A stretch of 60,605 bases of DNA from an uncultured Eubacteriales bacterium (GCA_900320425.1 ONSF01000004.1:1-60605), one strand, 5' to 3'; counted from the stretch's first letter, positions 29,119 to 38,748 are shown. Numbers and translations are program-made. Notes: generated by a model from the letters alone, not told the origin.

Positions 29119-29177
29119 TGTCGCTATTTTTTTACATATTAATAGAAAAATCCCACATAATATAAAAGGGTGATAAA

Positions 29178-29357
29178 ATGAAAAATAAAAAGTCAAATAA
29201 TGTTACAAATAAAAACAATAACAAATTAACTAATAAAAACAACAACTTAACTAATAAAAACAACAACCAAATAGATTCTAAAAATAATAATAATAATATT
29301 TGTGACAAAAATCAAAATAATTATGAATCTAACTTTGAATCAAATGAAATGGAATAA
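29178..29357 (+). CDS. Possible 59-aa Asn/Lys-rich low-complexity ORF (doubtful).
   Basis: ATG after AAGGGTG. The composition is almost only N/K/T. It would be antisense to the 3' UTR implied by the hairpin at 29083..29118. Confidence 0.2.
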   Translation: MKNKKSNNVTNKNNNKLTNKNNNLTNKNNNQIDSKNNNNNICDKNQNNYESNFESNEME

Positions 29358-29780
29358 TTAAATATTATAATTTTTTTTCAATTGATATATTCTGTTAGAT
29401 AAAAAATTATTTAAATCTAGTATAAGATTTATACTTTGAAAGTCATAGTTTTTTAAAGCATACTCCCCTACTTGATTATTCATACTATTTATGACTTTAA
29501 AATCATTTATTAAAATGCCTTTTGTCTCTTTTAAAGTATAATCTTTACTAGATATTTGTTTTATTGTTGATATACTTTTTACCTCTTCTAAATTCATAAT
29601 AGGATATCCTCCTATTTTTTTTATTAATATTGATAATTTTTCATAATATATATTAAATTTATTTAGATCATTTTGTAAATCAATTAATATACTATCTATC
29701 CCCTCCCCTTTTAAATTAAAATATAGATTATAAAGATTATTCTTAAATATAAAAATATTTGTTAGATATTGATTTAACAT
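29358..29780 (-). CDS. Dps/ferritin-like four-helix-bundle protein with a degenerate ferroxidase site.
   Basis: It aligns by eye to Dps (LNQ...N...F...L.....KKIGGYPIMNLEEV). The conserved His/Asp/Glu iron ligands are replaced (YFNLKG, ILIDLQ). Confidence 0.55.
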   Translation of the reverse strand: MLNQYLTNIFIFKNNLYNLYFNLKGEGIDSILIDLQNDLNKFNIYYEKLSILIKKIGGYPIMNLEEVKSISTIKQISSKDYTLKETKGILINDFKVINSMNNQVGEYALKNYDFQSINLILDLNNFLSNRIYQLKKNYNI

Positions 29781-29844
29781 ATCTATATAGTTAAATTTAA
29801 TAAAAAGCACCTCCATATTAATATATGATAGATGCCTAATTTTG

Positions 29845-31008
29845 TTATTTTAATTTATCTAAAAAACTAGTTCCCATCCATGGCTTTTCTAATTTAAAGT
29901 TATCTATAATTGTTGCTCCTATATCAGCTAAAGATTCTAAAATTTCAATTTGCTTAGGTTCTTTAAATAATCTAGAGTAGACAATAACAGGTACATTTTC
30001 TCTTGTATGGGAAGTTCCTGGCATTGTAGGATCACATCCATGGTCAGCTGTAATAATTAGTAAATCATCAATATTTAATTTATTAAGAAGAATTGGTATT
30101 TCTACATCAAGGGCTTCTAATTCTTTAGCAAATCCATCTATATCTCTTTTATGACCATATAAAGTATCAAAATCACTTAAATTTACAAAACATAAACCAT
30201 CAAAATTTTTTTCCATAACTTCAGTTAATTTATTTATTCCTTCTGAATTACATGTTGATTTCATTATTTTGGTAATTCCGTGTCCATTATAGATATCATT
30301 TATTTTTCCGATGGATATTACTTGATAGTTATTTTCTTTTAAAATATCTAAAACACTTTTATTAGGTGGAGTTAAAGTAAAATATTTGGTATTATTTGTA
30401 AATATATATTTTCCTGATTCACCTGTAAAAGGTCTGGCAATAACTCTTCCAACTTTCCATTCTTCACGTTTAGTTATTTGTCTTATTTTATCAGCATATT
30501 CGTATAATTCATTGATAGGAATTATAGATTCATGGGCAGCAACTTCTAAATTAGAGTCTCCTGTTGTATATATTATTAAAGATCCTGTTTCCAAATGTCT
30601 ATCGCCAAGTTTTTCCAATACACTCTCATGATTTCCAACTAAATTCCCAATTATACCCTTTCTTGTCTCTCTAACAATTGTTTCAAGTAAATCTCTTGGA
30701 AAACCATTTTCCCCAAAATTTTTATAAGATATATTGTTTTCAATTGCCATCATTTCATAATGACCGCTTAAAGAATCTTTTCCTTTGTTTCTAGGCCTTG
30801 CAATGGTATAATAAGCCTCAGTTTCTTCGTTATTCATAGAAAGGGTACTTAATAGTCCTAATTTTTTCAAATTTGGAAGAAATAAATTTTTTTCCTTTAA
30901 TAAGTTTCCCAATGTATTTACTCCTTCATCATTATAACTTATTGCATCAGTTGCTTCCCCTACTCCAAGGGCATCTAAAACAACTAAAAATATTCGTTTA
31001 AATTCCAT
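29845..31008 (-). CDS. deoB: Phosphopentomutase.
   Basis: RIFLVVLDALGVGE, NLSDFDTLYGHKRD and ITADHGCDPT motifs. Confidence 0.93.
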   Translation of the reverse strand: MEFKRIFLVVLDALGVGEATDAISYNDEGVNTLGNLLKEKNLFLPNLKKLGLLSTLSMNNEETEAYYTIARPRNKGKDSLSGHYEMMAIENNISYKNFGENGFPRDLLETIVRETRKGIIGNLVGNHESVLEKLGDRHLETGSLIIYTTGDSNLEVAAHESIIPINELYEYADKIRQITKREEWKVGRVIARPFTGESGKYIFTNNTKYFTLTPPNKSVLDILKENNYQVISIGKINDIYNGHGITKIMKSTCNSEGINKLTEVMEKNFDGLCFVNLSDFDTLYGHKRDIDGFAKELEALDVEIPILLNKLNIDDLLIITADHGCDPTMPGTSHTRENVPVIVYSRLFKEPKQIEILESLADIGATIIDNFKLEKPWMGTSFLDKLK

Positions 31009-31903
31009 TTTTATCCTTCTTTCTTAAATTATATTTCATGTAATCGTCTTTTAATTTGTTATTCAATACGTGAGTATAAATTTTTGTAGTAGCAATATCA
31101 GAATGTCCAAGAAGCTCTTGAATACTTTTTAAGTCAGCTCCTCCATTCAATAAATCAGTTGCAAAGGTATGTCTTAAGGAATGAGGGGTTGCTTTAATTA
31201 AAATATTATTATCCTCTAAAATATTTTTTAAAATATAATTAAATCCTTGTCTAGAAATTCCTTTCCCATGATTATTTAAAAATAATTTATCAAGTGTTTT
31301 GTTTTTACTTTTGACTAAAGAATTACGAATTTCTAAATAATCAATTATTGCTTTTTTTGCATATTTTGAAATAGGAACAATTCTTTCTTTCTTTCCTTTT
31401 CCTTCAATTAATACATAATCATTTTCTAAATCTATACTATAAATTGTTAAATTAACTAGCTCTGATACTCTTAAACCTGATCCATACATAAGTTCAAGCA
31501 TTGCTTTATCACGATATTTAAAAGCATTTTCTAGTTTAATATCTAATATTTTATTCATATCACTTTCTGGTATTACAACAGGAAGTTTTTTATCTTGTTT
31601 CATAGAATCAATATTTAAACTTACATCTGATGATACTTTTTTTATTCTTAATAAATATTTATGCCATTCTTTTATCGTGGTAATATGTCTTTTAATACTT
31701 CTAGGATTAAGTCCATCTTTACTTAAAAATTCAAGATATTTTTGAATATCATTTATAGTAATATTTGATGCCTTACAAATTCCTTTTTTTTCTAAATATT
31801 CAACATAACTATTTAAATCAAATTCATAATTGGTAATAGTATTTTTACTTAATTTTTTTTCTAGTTTTATATAAGTTAAGTAATCTTTTATATCTTCTTT
31901 CAT
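30998..31903 (-). CDS. xerD: Tyrosine recombinase XerD (XerC/D family).
   Basis: YLTYIKLEKKLSKNTI, RVSELVNL, HSLRHTFATDLL and LGHSDIATTKIYTHV (R-H-R-Y). The xerD-deoB order matches Bacilli. Confidence 0.8.
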   Translation of the reverse strand: MKEDIKDYLTYIKLEKKLSKNTITNYEFDLNSYVEYLEKKGICKASNITINDIQKYLEFLSKDGLNPRSIKRHITTIKEWHKYLLRIKKVSSDVSLNIDSMKQDKKLPVVIPESDMNKILDIKLENAFKYRDKAMLELMYGSGLRVSELVNLTIYSIDLENDYVLIEGKGKKERIVPISKYAKKAIIDYLEIRNSLVKSKNKTLDKLFLNNHGKGISRQGFNYILKNILEDNNILIKATPHSLRHTFATDLLNGGADLKSIQELLGHSDIATTKIYTHVLNNKLKDDYMKYNLRKKDKNGI

Positions 31904-32012
31904 AAGCATCAAATGTATTATAGCATAAAATAAATTCTTTATCAAATTTCTAACTTATAAAAGTATAGACAATAAAAATATTCTTTGATAAAATAAACCT
32001 AAGGAGAACACT

Positions 32013-33242
32013 ATGGAAAAACCTTTTGCTTTAAAATTAAAACCTCAATCTTTAAAAGAATGTTATGGACAAAAACATCTATTAGGTGATAATAAAATAT
32101 TATCTAATCTAGTTAAAAATAAAAAAATATTTTCAATGATTTTATATGGCAAACCAGGAATTGGAAAAACTAGTATTGCAACAAGTTTAGTTAATGATTT
32201 AAATGTTCGTTATCGTACCTTGAATGCAACTATAAATGATAAACATGATTTTCAAGTGGTATTTGAAGAAGCTAAATTATATGACGGATTAGTCCTCATT
32301 TTAGATGAAATACATAGATTAAATAAAGATAAACAAGATCTTTTGTTACCAGTTCTTGAAAATGGTTTAATTACATTAATTGGTTTAACTTCATCAAATC
32401 CTTATCATTCAATTAATCCTGCCATTAGAAGTAGATGTCATTTATTTGAATTAAAACCTTTAGAAGAAGAAGATATTAAAGAAGCATTAGAAAATGCTAT
32501 AAAGAAAAATATTTTAGAAAATTTAGAAATAGATAATGAAGCAATTTTATATATTGTAAAAAGAAGTGGTATGGATTTAAGATATGCATATAATTTTTTA
32601 GAACTTGCTTATTATTCTAAAGATGATCATAAAATTACTTTGGATTTTTTAAAAAGTATAGATAATAAACCTAATTTCTTTCACGATAAAAATGATGATG
32701 GCTACTATGATGTTTTAAGTGCTTTTCAAAAGTCTATTCGTGGAAGTGATGTTGATGCCTCTCTTCATTATTTAGGAAGAATGCTTAAAGCAGAAGATTT
32801 AGATAGTATTTTTAGAAGACTTTCAGTTATTTGTTATGAAGATATTGGACTTGCAAATCCAAATATGGGTATGAAAGTTGAAGCTGCAATTCAGGCCTCT
32901 TCTAGAGTTGGTCTACCTGAGGCAGTTATTCCACTTTCTACTGTTGTAATAGAACTCGCCTTATCTCCTAAATCAAATAGTAGCTATCAAGCAATTAACA
33001 GTGCACTTTCAGATATTGAAACAGGAAGATGTGGAATGATACCAGATCATATAAAAACTAATGCAAAAGATTATCTATATCCTCATGATTTTAAAAATTC
33101 CTGGGTTAATCAACAATATTTACCAGATAATATTAAAAATAAAAAATATTATATTCCTAAAACTACAAGTAACTATGAAAAAATGTTAAAGGATGTATAT
33201 GATAAACTTAAAAAATTAAGAAAAGAGGAGAAAAATGAGTAG
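32013..33242 (+). CDS. rarA: Replication-associated recombination protein A (AAA+ ATPase).
   Basis: LYGKPGIGKTS Walker A, ILDEIHR Walker B, FQKSIRGSDVDASLHYL. Confidence 0.92.
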   Translation: MEKPFALKLKPQSLKECYGQKHLLGDNKILSNLVKNKKIFSMILYGKPGIGKTSIATSLVNDLNVRYRTLNATINDKHDFQVVFEEAKLYDGLVLILDEIHRLNKDKQDLLLPVLENGLITLIGLTSSNPYHSINPAIRSRCHLFELKPLEEEDIKEALENAIKKNILENLEIDNEAILYIVKRSGMDLRYAYNFLELAYYSKDDHKITLDFLKSIDNKPNFFHDKNDDGYYDVLSAFQKSIRGSDVDASLHYLGRMLKAEDLDSIFRRLSVICYEDIGLANPNMGMKVEAAIQASSRVGLPEAVIPLSTVVIELALSPKSNSSYQAINSALSDIETGRCGMIPDHIKTNAKDYLYPHDFKNSWVNQQYLPDNIKNKKYYIPKTTSNYEKMLKDVYDKLKKLRKEEKNE

Positions 33243-33513
33243 ACCAAGAGGAAGACTTGTTCGAATTGAACTAGTATGTTTAAACTGTGGAAACATTGAT
33301 ACAATTCAAAGAGTAAAATGTTCTAAAGGATTTGGACATATTAAAGATTTATGGTGTTATAAATGTAAAAATGTAACAAAACATTATGAAATTATTGAAA
33401 AAAGCATTTTTTTAAATTTAGTTACTTTTGATAAATTATCACTGTATGTAAAATCATTATTAGAAAATCAAAAGAAAGTAGAAGAAGATTCTAAAAAATT
33501 AATTTTAAAATAA
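33235..33513 (+). CDS. Hypothetical Cys4 zinc-ribbon protein.
   Basis: CLNCGN...CYKCKN. The start overlaps the rarA stop. Confidence 0.55.
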   Translation: MSRPRGRLVRIELVCLNCGNIDTIQRVKCSKGFGHIKDLWCYKCKNVTKHYEIIEKSIFLNLVTFDKLSLYVKSLLENQKKVEEDSKKLILK

Positions 33514-33538
33514 AAAAATCCTTTTGGGATTTTTTTTA
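33512..33538. terminator. Bidirectional terminator between convergent genes.
   Basis: A run, AAATCC-TTTTG-GGATTT hairpin, then T run. Confidence 0.55.
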
Positions 33539-35890
33539 TACTATTTTCTCTTTCTTAGAAATTTTAGTTAATACTCTTAATCCCTTATAAAGTAAATCAT
33601 AAGAGTTTAAAGAAAATACAATTAACAAAAAGAATATTAAAGATATTTGTAAATTCATTGTTGTTAAATTAAAGAAAGAGTATTGGAACATAAAACCATA
33701 AATAAATCCAAATAGTAATACTAAAAATAAAGTAATTCTTAACATATTAAATGGCTTAGATATTTTATATAAATGAATAAATCCAGTAGTTGCAGTTAAA
33801 AGAACAGCAAGGGCATTTACAATATCATCAGGTAGGTCAAATGCTGCTTTAAATAATATTATTAAGATAATATTCAAAAATACTGTTACACCAGCTGGAA
33901 TACTATTTTTAAATATTTTTAAAATAAAGTTACCACTAACAACATTAGTATTTGGTTCTAGTGCAAGAATAAATGATGGAATTCCAATTGTTGTTGTAGT
34001 TATTAAAGTTAATTGAATTGGAATAAAGAAATATTCATTTCTTGTAAATAAACAAGTTAATATAATTAAAATAGTATAAATAGTTTTTACAAGTAATAAA
34101 GATGCACTTCTTTCAATATTATTAATGGTTCTTCTTCCTTCAGCAACAATTTTAGGCATAGAAGAGAAATTATTATCTAAAAGAACAATCTGAGCAACGC
34201 TTCTTGCTGCATCACTTCCACTAGCAACAGCTATACTACAATCTGCTTCTTTTAATGCAAGACAATCATTTACACCATCTCCTGTCATTGCTGTCGTATA
34301 ACCAAGTCGCTTTAATGCCAAAATAATTTGCTTTTTACCATTAGGAGTTACCCTTCCAAATATATCGGTTTCTTCTACCACCTTATCAATATTTTCATCA
34401 TTTAATAAACTGGCATCTATTGCTTTTAAATCTCCGTCCATTCCAGCTTTTTTAACAATATTTAAAACGGTTTTAGGATTATCTCCAGAAATAATTTTTA
34501 CCTTTACTCCTTCTTTTTTAAAGAACTGTAATGTATCTTTAGCTTCACTTCTAATTTCATCTTCAATTAAGATAAAACCCAGTATTTCTAAGTCTTTTGG
34601 TGTTTCAGATAACTCTAATTTATTTTTAGCAACTACTAAAATACGATAATCTTCTTGATAATTCTCAATTAAACTATAATCTAATTTTTTATCTTTAATA
34701 ACATATTCATAAGCTCCAATATAATAAGAATCATCGTTTTTTATTTTAACAGCTGAAAATTTTCTACTTGAAGAAAAATCAATTTTATTTTCTATTTCAT
34801 ATTTCTTTTCATTTGTATATTTGTTTCTTAAAGCTTTAAACGTTGGAGATTCATCATACAAACAATTTGTAATTTTCTCAACTACAAAAGAAAAATCTTT
34901 TTTAGAAATCGAATTACTTGGAATAATATCATATACTTTCATATTTCCTGTTGTAATTGTTCCTGTTTTATCCAAACATATTACATTTACTCGTGATAAA
35001 GTTTCAATACAATACAATTGTTGTACTAAAACTTTATATTTTGATAATCTTATAACACTTACAGCCATAACTGAACTGGTAAGTAGTACTAAACCTTCTG
35101 GAATCATTCCAATAAGGGCAGCAACAGTATTTATTATCGAATCACTTAAAGTACTTCCAATAACTAAATATTGATTACAAAATAAAGCAATTCCTAAAGG
35201 GATAATAATAATTGATAAAACTCTTACAATTTTTTCAAATGAATTTAATATAACTGAATTATTCTCTTTAATATATTTTGCATCATGAGAAATAGTATTA
35301 ATATAGTTTTCATTTCCAACATGAATTACTTGAGCTTTACAAGTTCCTGATACAATAAAACTTCCGGATAATAAAGTATCTCCAACTTGCTTTGAAATAG
35401 AGTCTTGTTCTCCGGTAATAAATGATTCGTTAACTTCAACATTTCCATCTAAAATAGTAGAATCACAAAGTACTTGATTTCCACTTTTTAACATGGTTAT
35501 ATCATCCAATACTATTTCATTCATTTCAATTGTTATTTCATCACCATCTCTTAAAACAAGACTTTTACTACTAGAAATAACTGATAGTTTATCAATTATT
35601 TTTTTTGAAATGATTTCTTGGATAATACTTATAATAGTATTACAAAATATTACTCCCATAAATAAACAATTTTTTAAGGAATAAAGAATTCTTCCAGAAA
35701 ATATTCCTGATATTAAAATCGAAGCTCCTAAAAAAATATTTAAAAAGTTAAAATAAGTAAATACGTTTGTAGTAATTATTTCTTTTATAGTCTTAGTCTT
35801 TGGTTGATTATCATAATTAACAAGACCTTTTTCAATTCTTTCTTCTACTTCTTTTTTGGTTAATCCAATGTCATAATTAATTTTTTTCAT
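33536..35890 (-). CDS. Cation-translocating P-type ATPase (HAD-IC, type II-like).
   Basis: CLDKTGTITTG phosphorylation site, TGES-like SGEQD, MTGDGVNDCLALKEAD hinge, and 8-10 TM segments. Confidence 0.85.
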   Translation of the reverse strand: MKKINYDIGLTKKEVEERIEKGLVNYDNQPKTKTIKEIITTNVFTYFNFLNIFLGASILISGIFSGRILYSLKNCLFMGVIFCNTIISIIQEIISKKIIDKLSVISSSKSLVLRDGDEITIEMNEIVLDDITMLKSGNQVLCDSTILDGNVEVNESFITGEQDSISKQVGDTLLSGSFIVSGTCKAQVIHVGNENYINTISHDAKYIKENNSVILNSFEKIVRVLSIIIIPLGIALFCNQYLVIGSTLSDSIINTVAALIGMIPEGLVLLTSSVMAVSVIRLSKYKVLVQQLYCIETLSRVNVICLDKTGTITTGNMKVYDIIPSNSISKKDFSFVVEKITNCLYDESPTFKALRNKYTNEKKYEIENKIDFSSSRKFSAVKIKNDDSYYIGAYEYVIKDKKLDYSLIENYQEDYRILVVAKNKLELSETPKDLEILGFILIEDEIRSEAKDTLQFFKKEGVKVKIISGDNPKTVLNIVKKAGMDGDLKAIDASLLNDENIDKVVEETDIFGRVTPNGKKQIILALKRLGYTTAMTGDGVNDCLALKEADCSIAVASGSDAARSVAQIVLLDNNFSSMPKIVAEGRRTINNIERSASLLLVKTIYTILIILTCLFTRNEYFFIPIQLTLITTTTIGIPSFILALEPNTNVVSGNFILKIFKNSIPAGVTVFLNIILIILFKAAFDLPDDIVNALAVLLTATTGFIHLYKISKPFNMLRITLFLVLLFGFIYGFMFQYSFFNLTTMNLQISLIFFLLIVFSLNSYDLLYKGLRVLTKISKKEKIV

Positions 35891-35900
35891 AAATCCCCCT

Positions 35901-37106
35901 TTATTTTTCTAACATTTCAGAAATATCTAATGCTTTTGTATGCTTAATTTCTTCCCAAACGTTCTTAGTATTAAACATAGAGTATATATAAATAGGAAGC
36001 CAACTTAAATGGAAAATTGGAAAGAATAAAATTCCCAAGATAAGCTTTTTAATACTTTTTTTAAAATATATTGTTAAGAAAATTGATACGCATACTTCTC
36101 CAATATACCCTATTAATATTCCAAGTATTATAAGTGGAAGTGGAATAAAGAATATATATGATATGATAAGAAGAAATAATGCTATAGATTGATTAATTGG
36201 AAGAGTTAATACAAAAAACATTTCAATAAGTTGAAAAGAATTTTTTTCTTTTATAGCATAAAATAAATCTTTCATATAATATTTTAATACCTGCATACTT
36301 CCTTGAATCCATCTTTTTCTTTGTTTCATTGAAATAAAGAAATTAGTAACTTGTTCATCATAAAAAATAGCACTTCTTTGATAACCTATTTTTTCATGAT
36401 TTATTGCACTTACACAAGTAAGTTCGATATCTTCTGTTGCTGTTGTAGCTCGGTAGTTAATTTTATTAATATAATCTTTTAAAACCGCATACCCCGTTCC
36501 ATTTATAGAACTACTCTCCCCCATTCTACTTCTAGCTTCATAAACAAATAAACTTTGTAAAAAGAAGAATAATCCATAACTTCCGGTTATAGCATTTTCA
36601 TATAAATTTTTACTATCACGAAATCCCTGTACAACTTTATATCCCTCATTTAACTTATCATTTATATTAACGAGAAAATTACGATCTAAAACATTATCAG
36701 CATCAAATATTATATAAGTATCAAAACTATTATCATTTTTAAAACATTCAAAAGCATAGTTTAATACTTCTCCTTTTGTTTTGGTTTTAAATTTAGGTTC
36801 TAATATCATACATCCTTCATTAAGAGCAATTTGTTTCGTATCGTCAGTACAATTATTCGGCATAACACATATTTTATAATAATTCTTATCATATGTTTGT
36901 TTTTTTATACTATTAATTAATTTTCCTAAAACCATTTCTTCATTTCTTGCAGCAATTAAAATTAAAAATTTATGTTTTTTCTTGGTAACTCTTTTTACTT
37001 CTTTTTTCTTTAATAAAAATGGTAATATAGCAAAGAGTCCAAAATGAATTGAATGAATTAGCAAAATCATATTTAAAACAATTATAACTATTTTTAATGT
37101 TTTCAT
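35901..37106 (-). CDS. Membrane-embedded processive family 2 glycosyltransferase (polysaccharide synthase-like).
   Basis: IFDADN, TEDIELT and QRKRW (QxxRW) motifs are flanked by N- and C-terminal TM helices. Confidence 0.8.
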   Translation of the reverse strand: MKTLKIVIIVLNMILLIHSIHFGLFAILPFLLKKKEVKRVTKKKHKFLILIAARNEEMVLGKLINSIKKQTYDKNYYKICVMPNNCTDDTKQIALNEGCMILEPKFKTKTKGEVLNYAFECFKNDNSFDTYIIFDADNVLDRNFLVNINDKLNEGYKVVQGFRDSKNLYENAITGSYGLFFFLQSLFVYEARSRMGESSSINGTGYAVLKDYINKINYRATTATEDIELTCVSAINHEKIGYQRSAIFYDEQVTNFFISMKQRKRWIQGSMQVLKYYMKDLFYAIKEKNSFQLIEMFFVLTLPINQSIALFLLIISYIFFIPLPLIILGILIGYIGEVCVSIFLTIYFKKSIKKLILGILFFPIFHLSWLPIYIYSMFNTKNVWEEIKHTKALDISEMLEK

Positions 37107-37108
37107 AT

Positions 37109-38500
37109 TTACTTCCTTTTTATCTTTTTTAAAATTGGTTCTATTAAAACTTTATTTACTTGATAAGAATAAATAATAGCAATGATTAATCCCAATGATG
37201 ATAACCAAATATTTTTTAAATAATAACAAGCTATTACTATACTTAAAACTATGGTATGAAAAATAACATATTTATCTTTTTTTAAAACAATATATTTTTT
37301 AAGTTTATAATTTCTGTAGAAATAAATAACAATATAGGCAGTTAAAGTTGCAAGAATTGATGCATAAAGCCCTATTCTTCGAATTAATAAAAATCCGACA
37401 ATAAAATTTATAATGGTTGCAATAATCGTTGTTCTTGCTAATATTTTAGTATCTTTATAAGCTGAGAATATTCCACTACAAAAATTTGATAAGTTAGAAA
37501 AATATACCGATATTATCATTAAAGGAATATACATATAAGCCTCTTTATAAGCATTTTTTACAAGTAAATTAAAAATAAATGGAATAATTGCAATAATTAA
37601 AATTGAAACACATATTAAAAATCTATTTAAATTAATATATACACTATTATAAAATTCATTCTTATCATTTTTATTTACTACTTTACTAGCTGATTCCTTC
37701 CATGATAAATTAAAATAACTATAACATGTATTAATAATAGTTGGAAACCTAAGTCCAACTGAATAAATTCCATTTTTGGCACTTCCTAAAATATTGACAA
37801 TTAAAAGTCTATCAGTAAGCCCAATTGCATTCCATGATATACTATTTGGAACAAGAGGAAAGGAATATTTAATCATTTCCATAGTAACTTTTTTATTCAT
37901 ATTTTTGATTTTAACATAAGAAAATACATGAATCTTTATTAATAACCAAATTGAAACAAGACTATTTCCTATAATATAAGATAAAAATAAACTATTAAGC
38001 CCCATTTTAAGTCCTACAATAAATAATATATTTAAAAGAATGGTTGCAAGACTAGATAAAAAGCAGAATAAAGAATAAAGTTTAAATTTAGAAAGTCCTC
38101 TTGCTGTACTTCCAGCAAGGGATGATAATAAACTAGCAAAAATATAAAATATCAAAAATACTGTATATGGATATTTTAAAAGACTACCAACAATTAAAAT
38201 TAATAAACTCCAAACAAAAAAACTAATCACTGAAAAAATAAAGGTTGCTGAAAATACTTCACCTTTTGATTTTTTATCTTTAGCATCAATTAAAAATCTA
38301 AACATTCCTTCTTCCATAAGTAAAGTAACACAAGGAATTAAAAAGATTGAAATTGTATTTAAAAAATCATATTCTCCATATTCACTAGTTGTAAGTAAAC
38401 TAGTATAAAGTGGTAATAATAAAAATGATATTAACTGAGTTGAAAATTTACCAATAGAAATAATAATTGTATTTTTAATAAGTTCTTTTTTTTGATTCAT
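37109..38500 (-). CDS. Polysaccharide flippase (Wzx/MOP superfamily).
   Basis: 463 aa with 12-14 TM segments. The N-terminal KNTIIISIGKFSTQLISFLLLPLYTSLLTTSEYG is typical of the family. Confidence 0.8.
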   Translation of the reverse strand: MNQKKELIKNTIIISIGKFSTQLISFLLLPLYTSLLTTSEYGEYDFLNTISIFLIPCVTLLMEEGMFRFLIDAKDKKSKGEVFSATFIFSVISFFVWSLLILIVGSLLKYPYTVFLIFYIFASLLSSLAGSTARGLSKFKLYSLFCFLSSLATILLNILFIVGLKMGLNSLFLSYIIGNSLVSIWLLIKIHVFSYVKIKNMNKKVTMEMIKYSFPLVPNSISWNAIGLTDRLLIVNILGSAKNGIYSVGLRFPTIINTCYSYFNLSWKESASKVVNKNDKNEFYNSVYINLNRFLICVSILIIAIIPFIFNLLVKNAYKEAYMYIPLMIISVYFSNLSNFCSGIFSAYKDTKILARTTIIATIINFIVGFLLIRRIGLYASILATLTAYIVIYFYRNYKLKKYIVLKKDKYVIFHTIVLSIVIACYYLKNIWLSSLGLIIAIIYSYQVNKVLIEPILKKIKRK

Positions 38501-38589
38501 ATAATCACTCTCTAAATAATTATATCATTTTCTGTCACATTAGTCTATCTATTCCTAAAAAATAGTTTTTATAGACTGTAAAGTTCTAT

Positions 38590-38618
38590 TTGCATTTATA
38601 AAAAAAATTTAGTATAAT
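38590..38618 (+). promoter_or_regulatory. Near-consensus promoter upstream of a 28-aa ORF.
   Basis: TTGCAT, 17-nt spacer, TATAAT. Confidence 0.6.
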
Positions 38619-38636
38619 GTTTATAGTGAGGTGGCT

Positions 38637-38723
38637 ATGAAGAAGAAAACGGTAAAAATAATAACTATAGCTATACTATTAATAATGGTAGTATCCTTTA
38701 TTTGTAGTTTAATTTATTTATAA
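38637..38723 (+). CDS. 28-aa hydrophobic peptide MKKKTVKIITIAILLIMVVSFICSLIYL.
   Basis: It has its own promoter, a GAGGTGG RBS, and an A-run/hairpin/T-run element directly after the stop. Confidence 0.45.
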   Translation: MKKKTVKIITIAILLIMVVSFICSLIYL

Positions 38724-38748
38724 AAAAATTGGAAAATTTCCAATTTTT

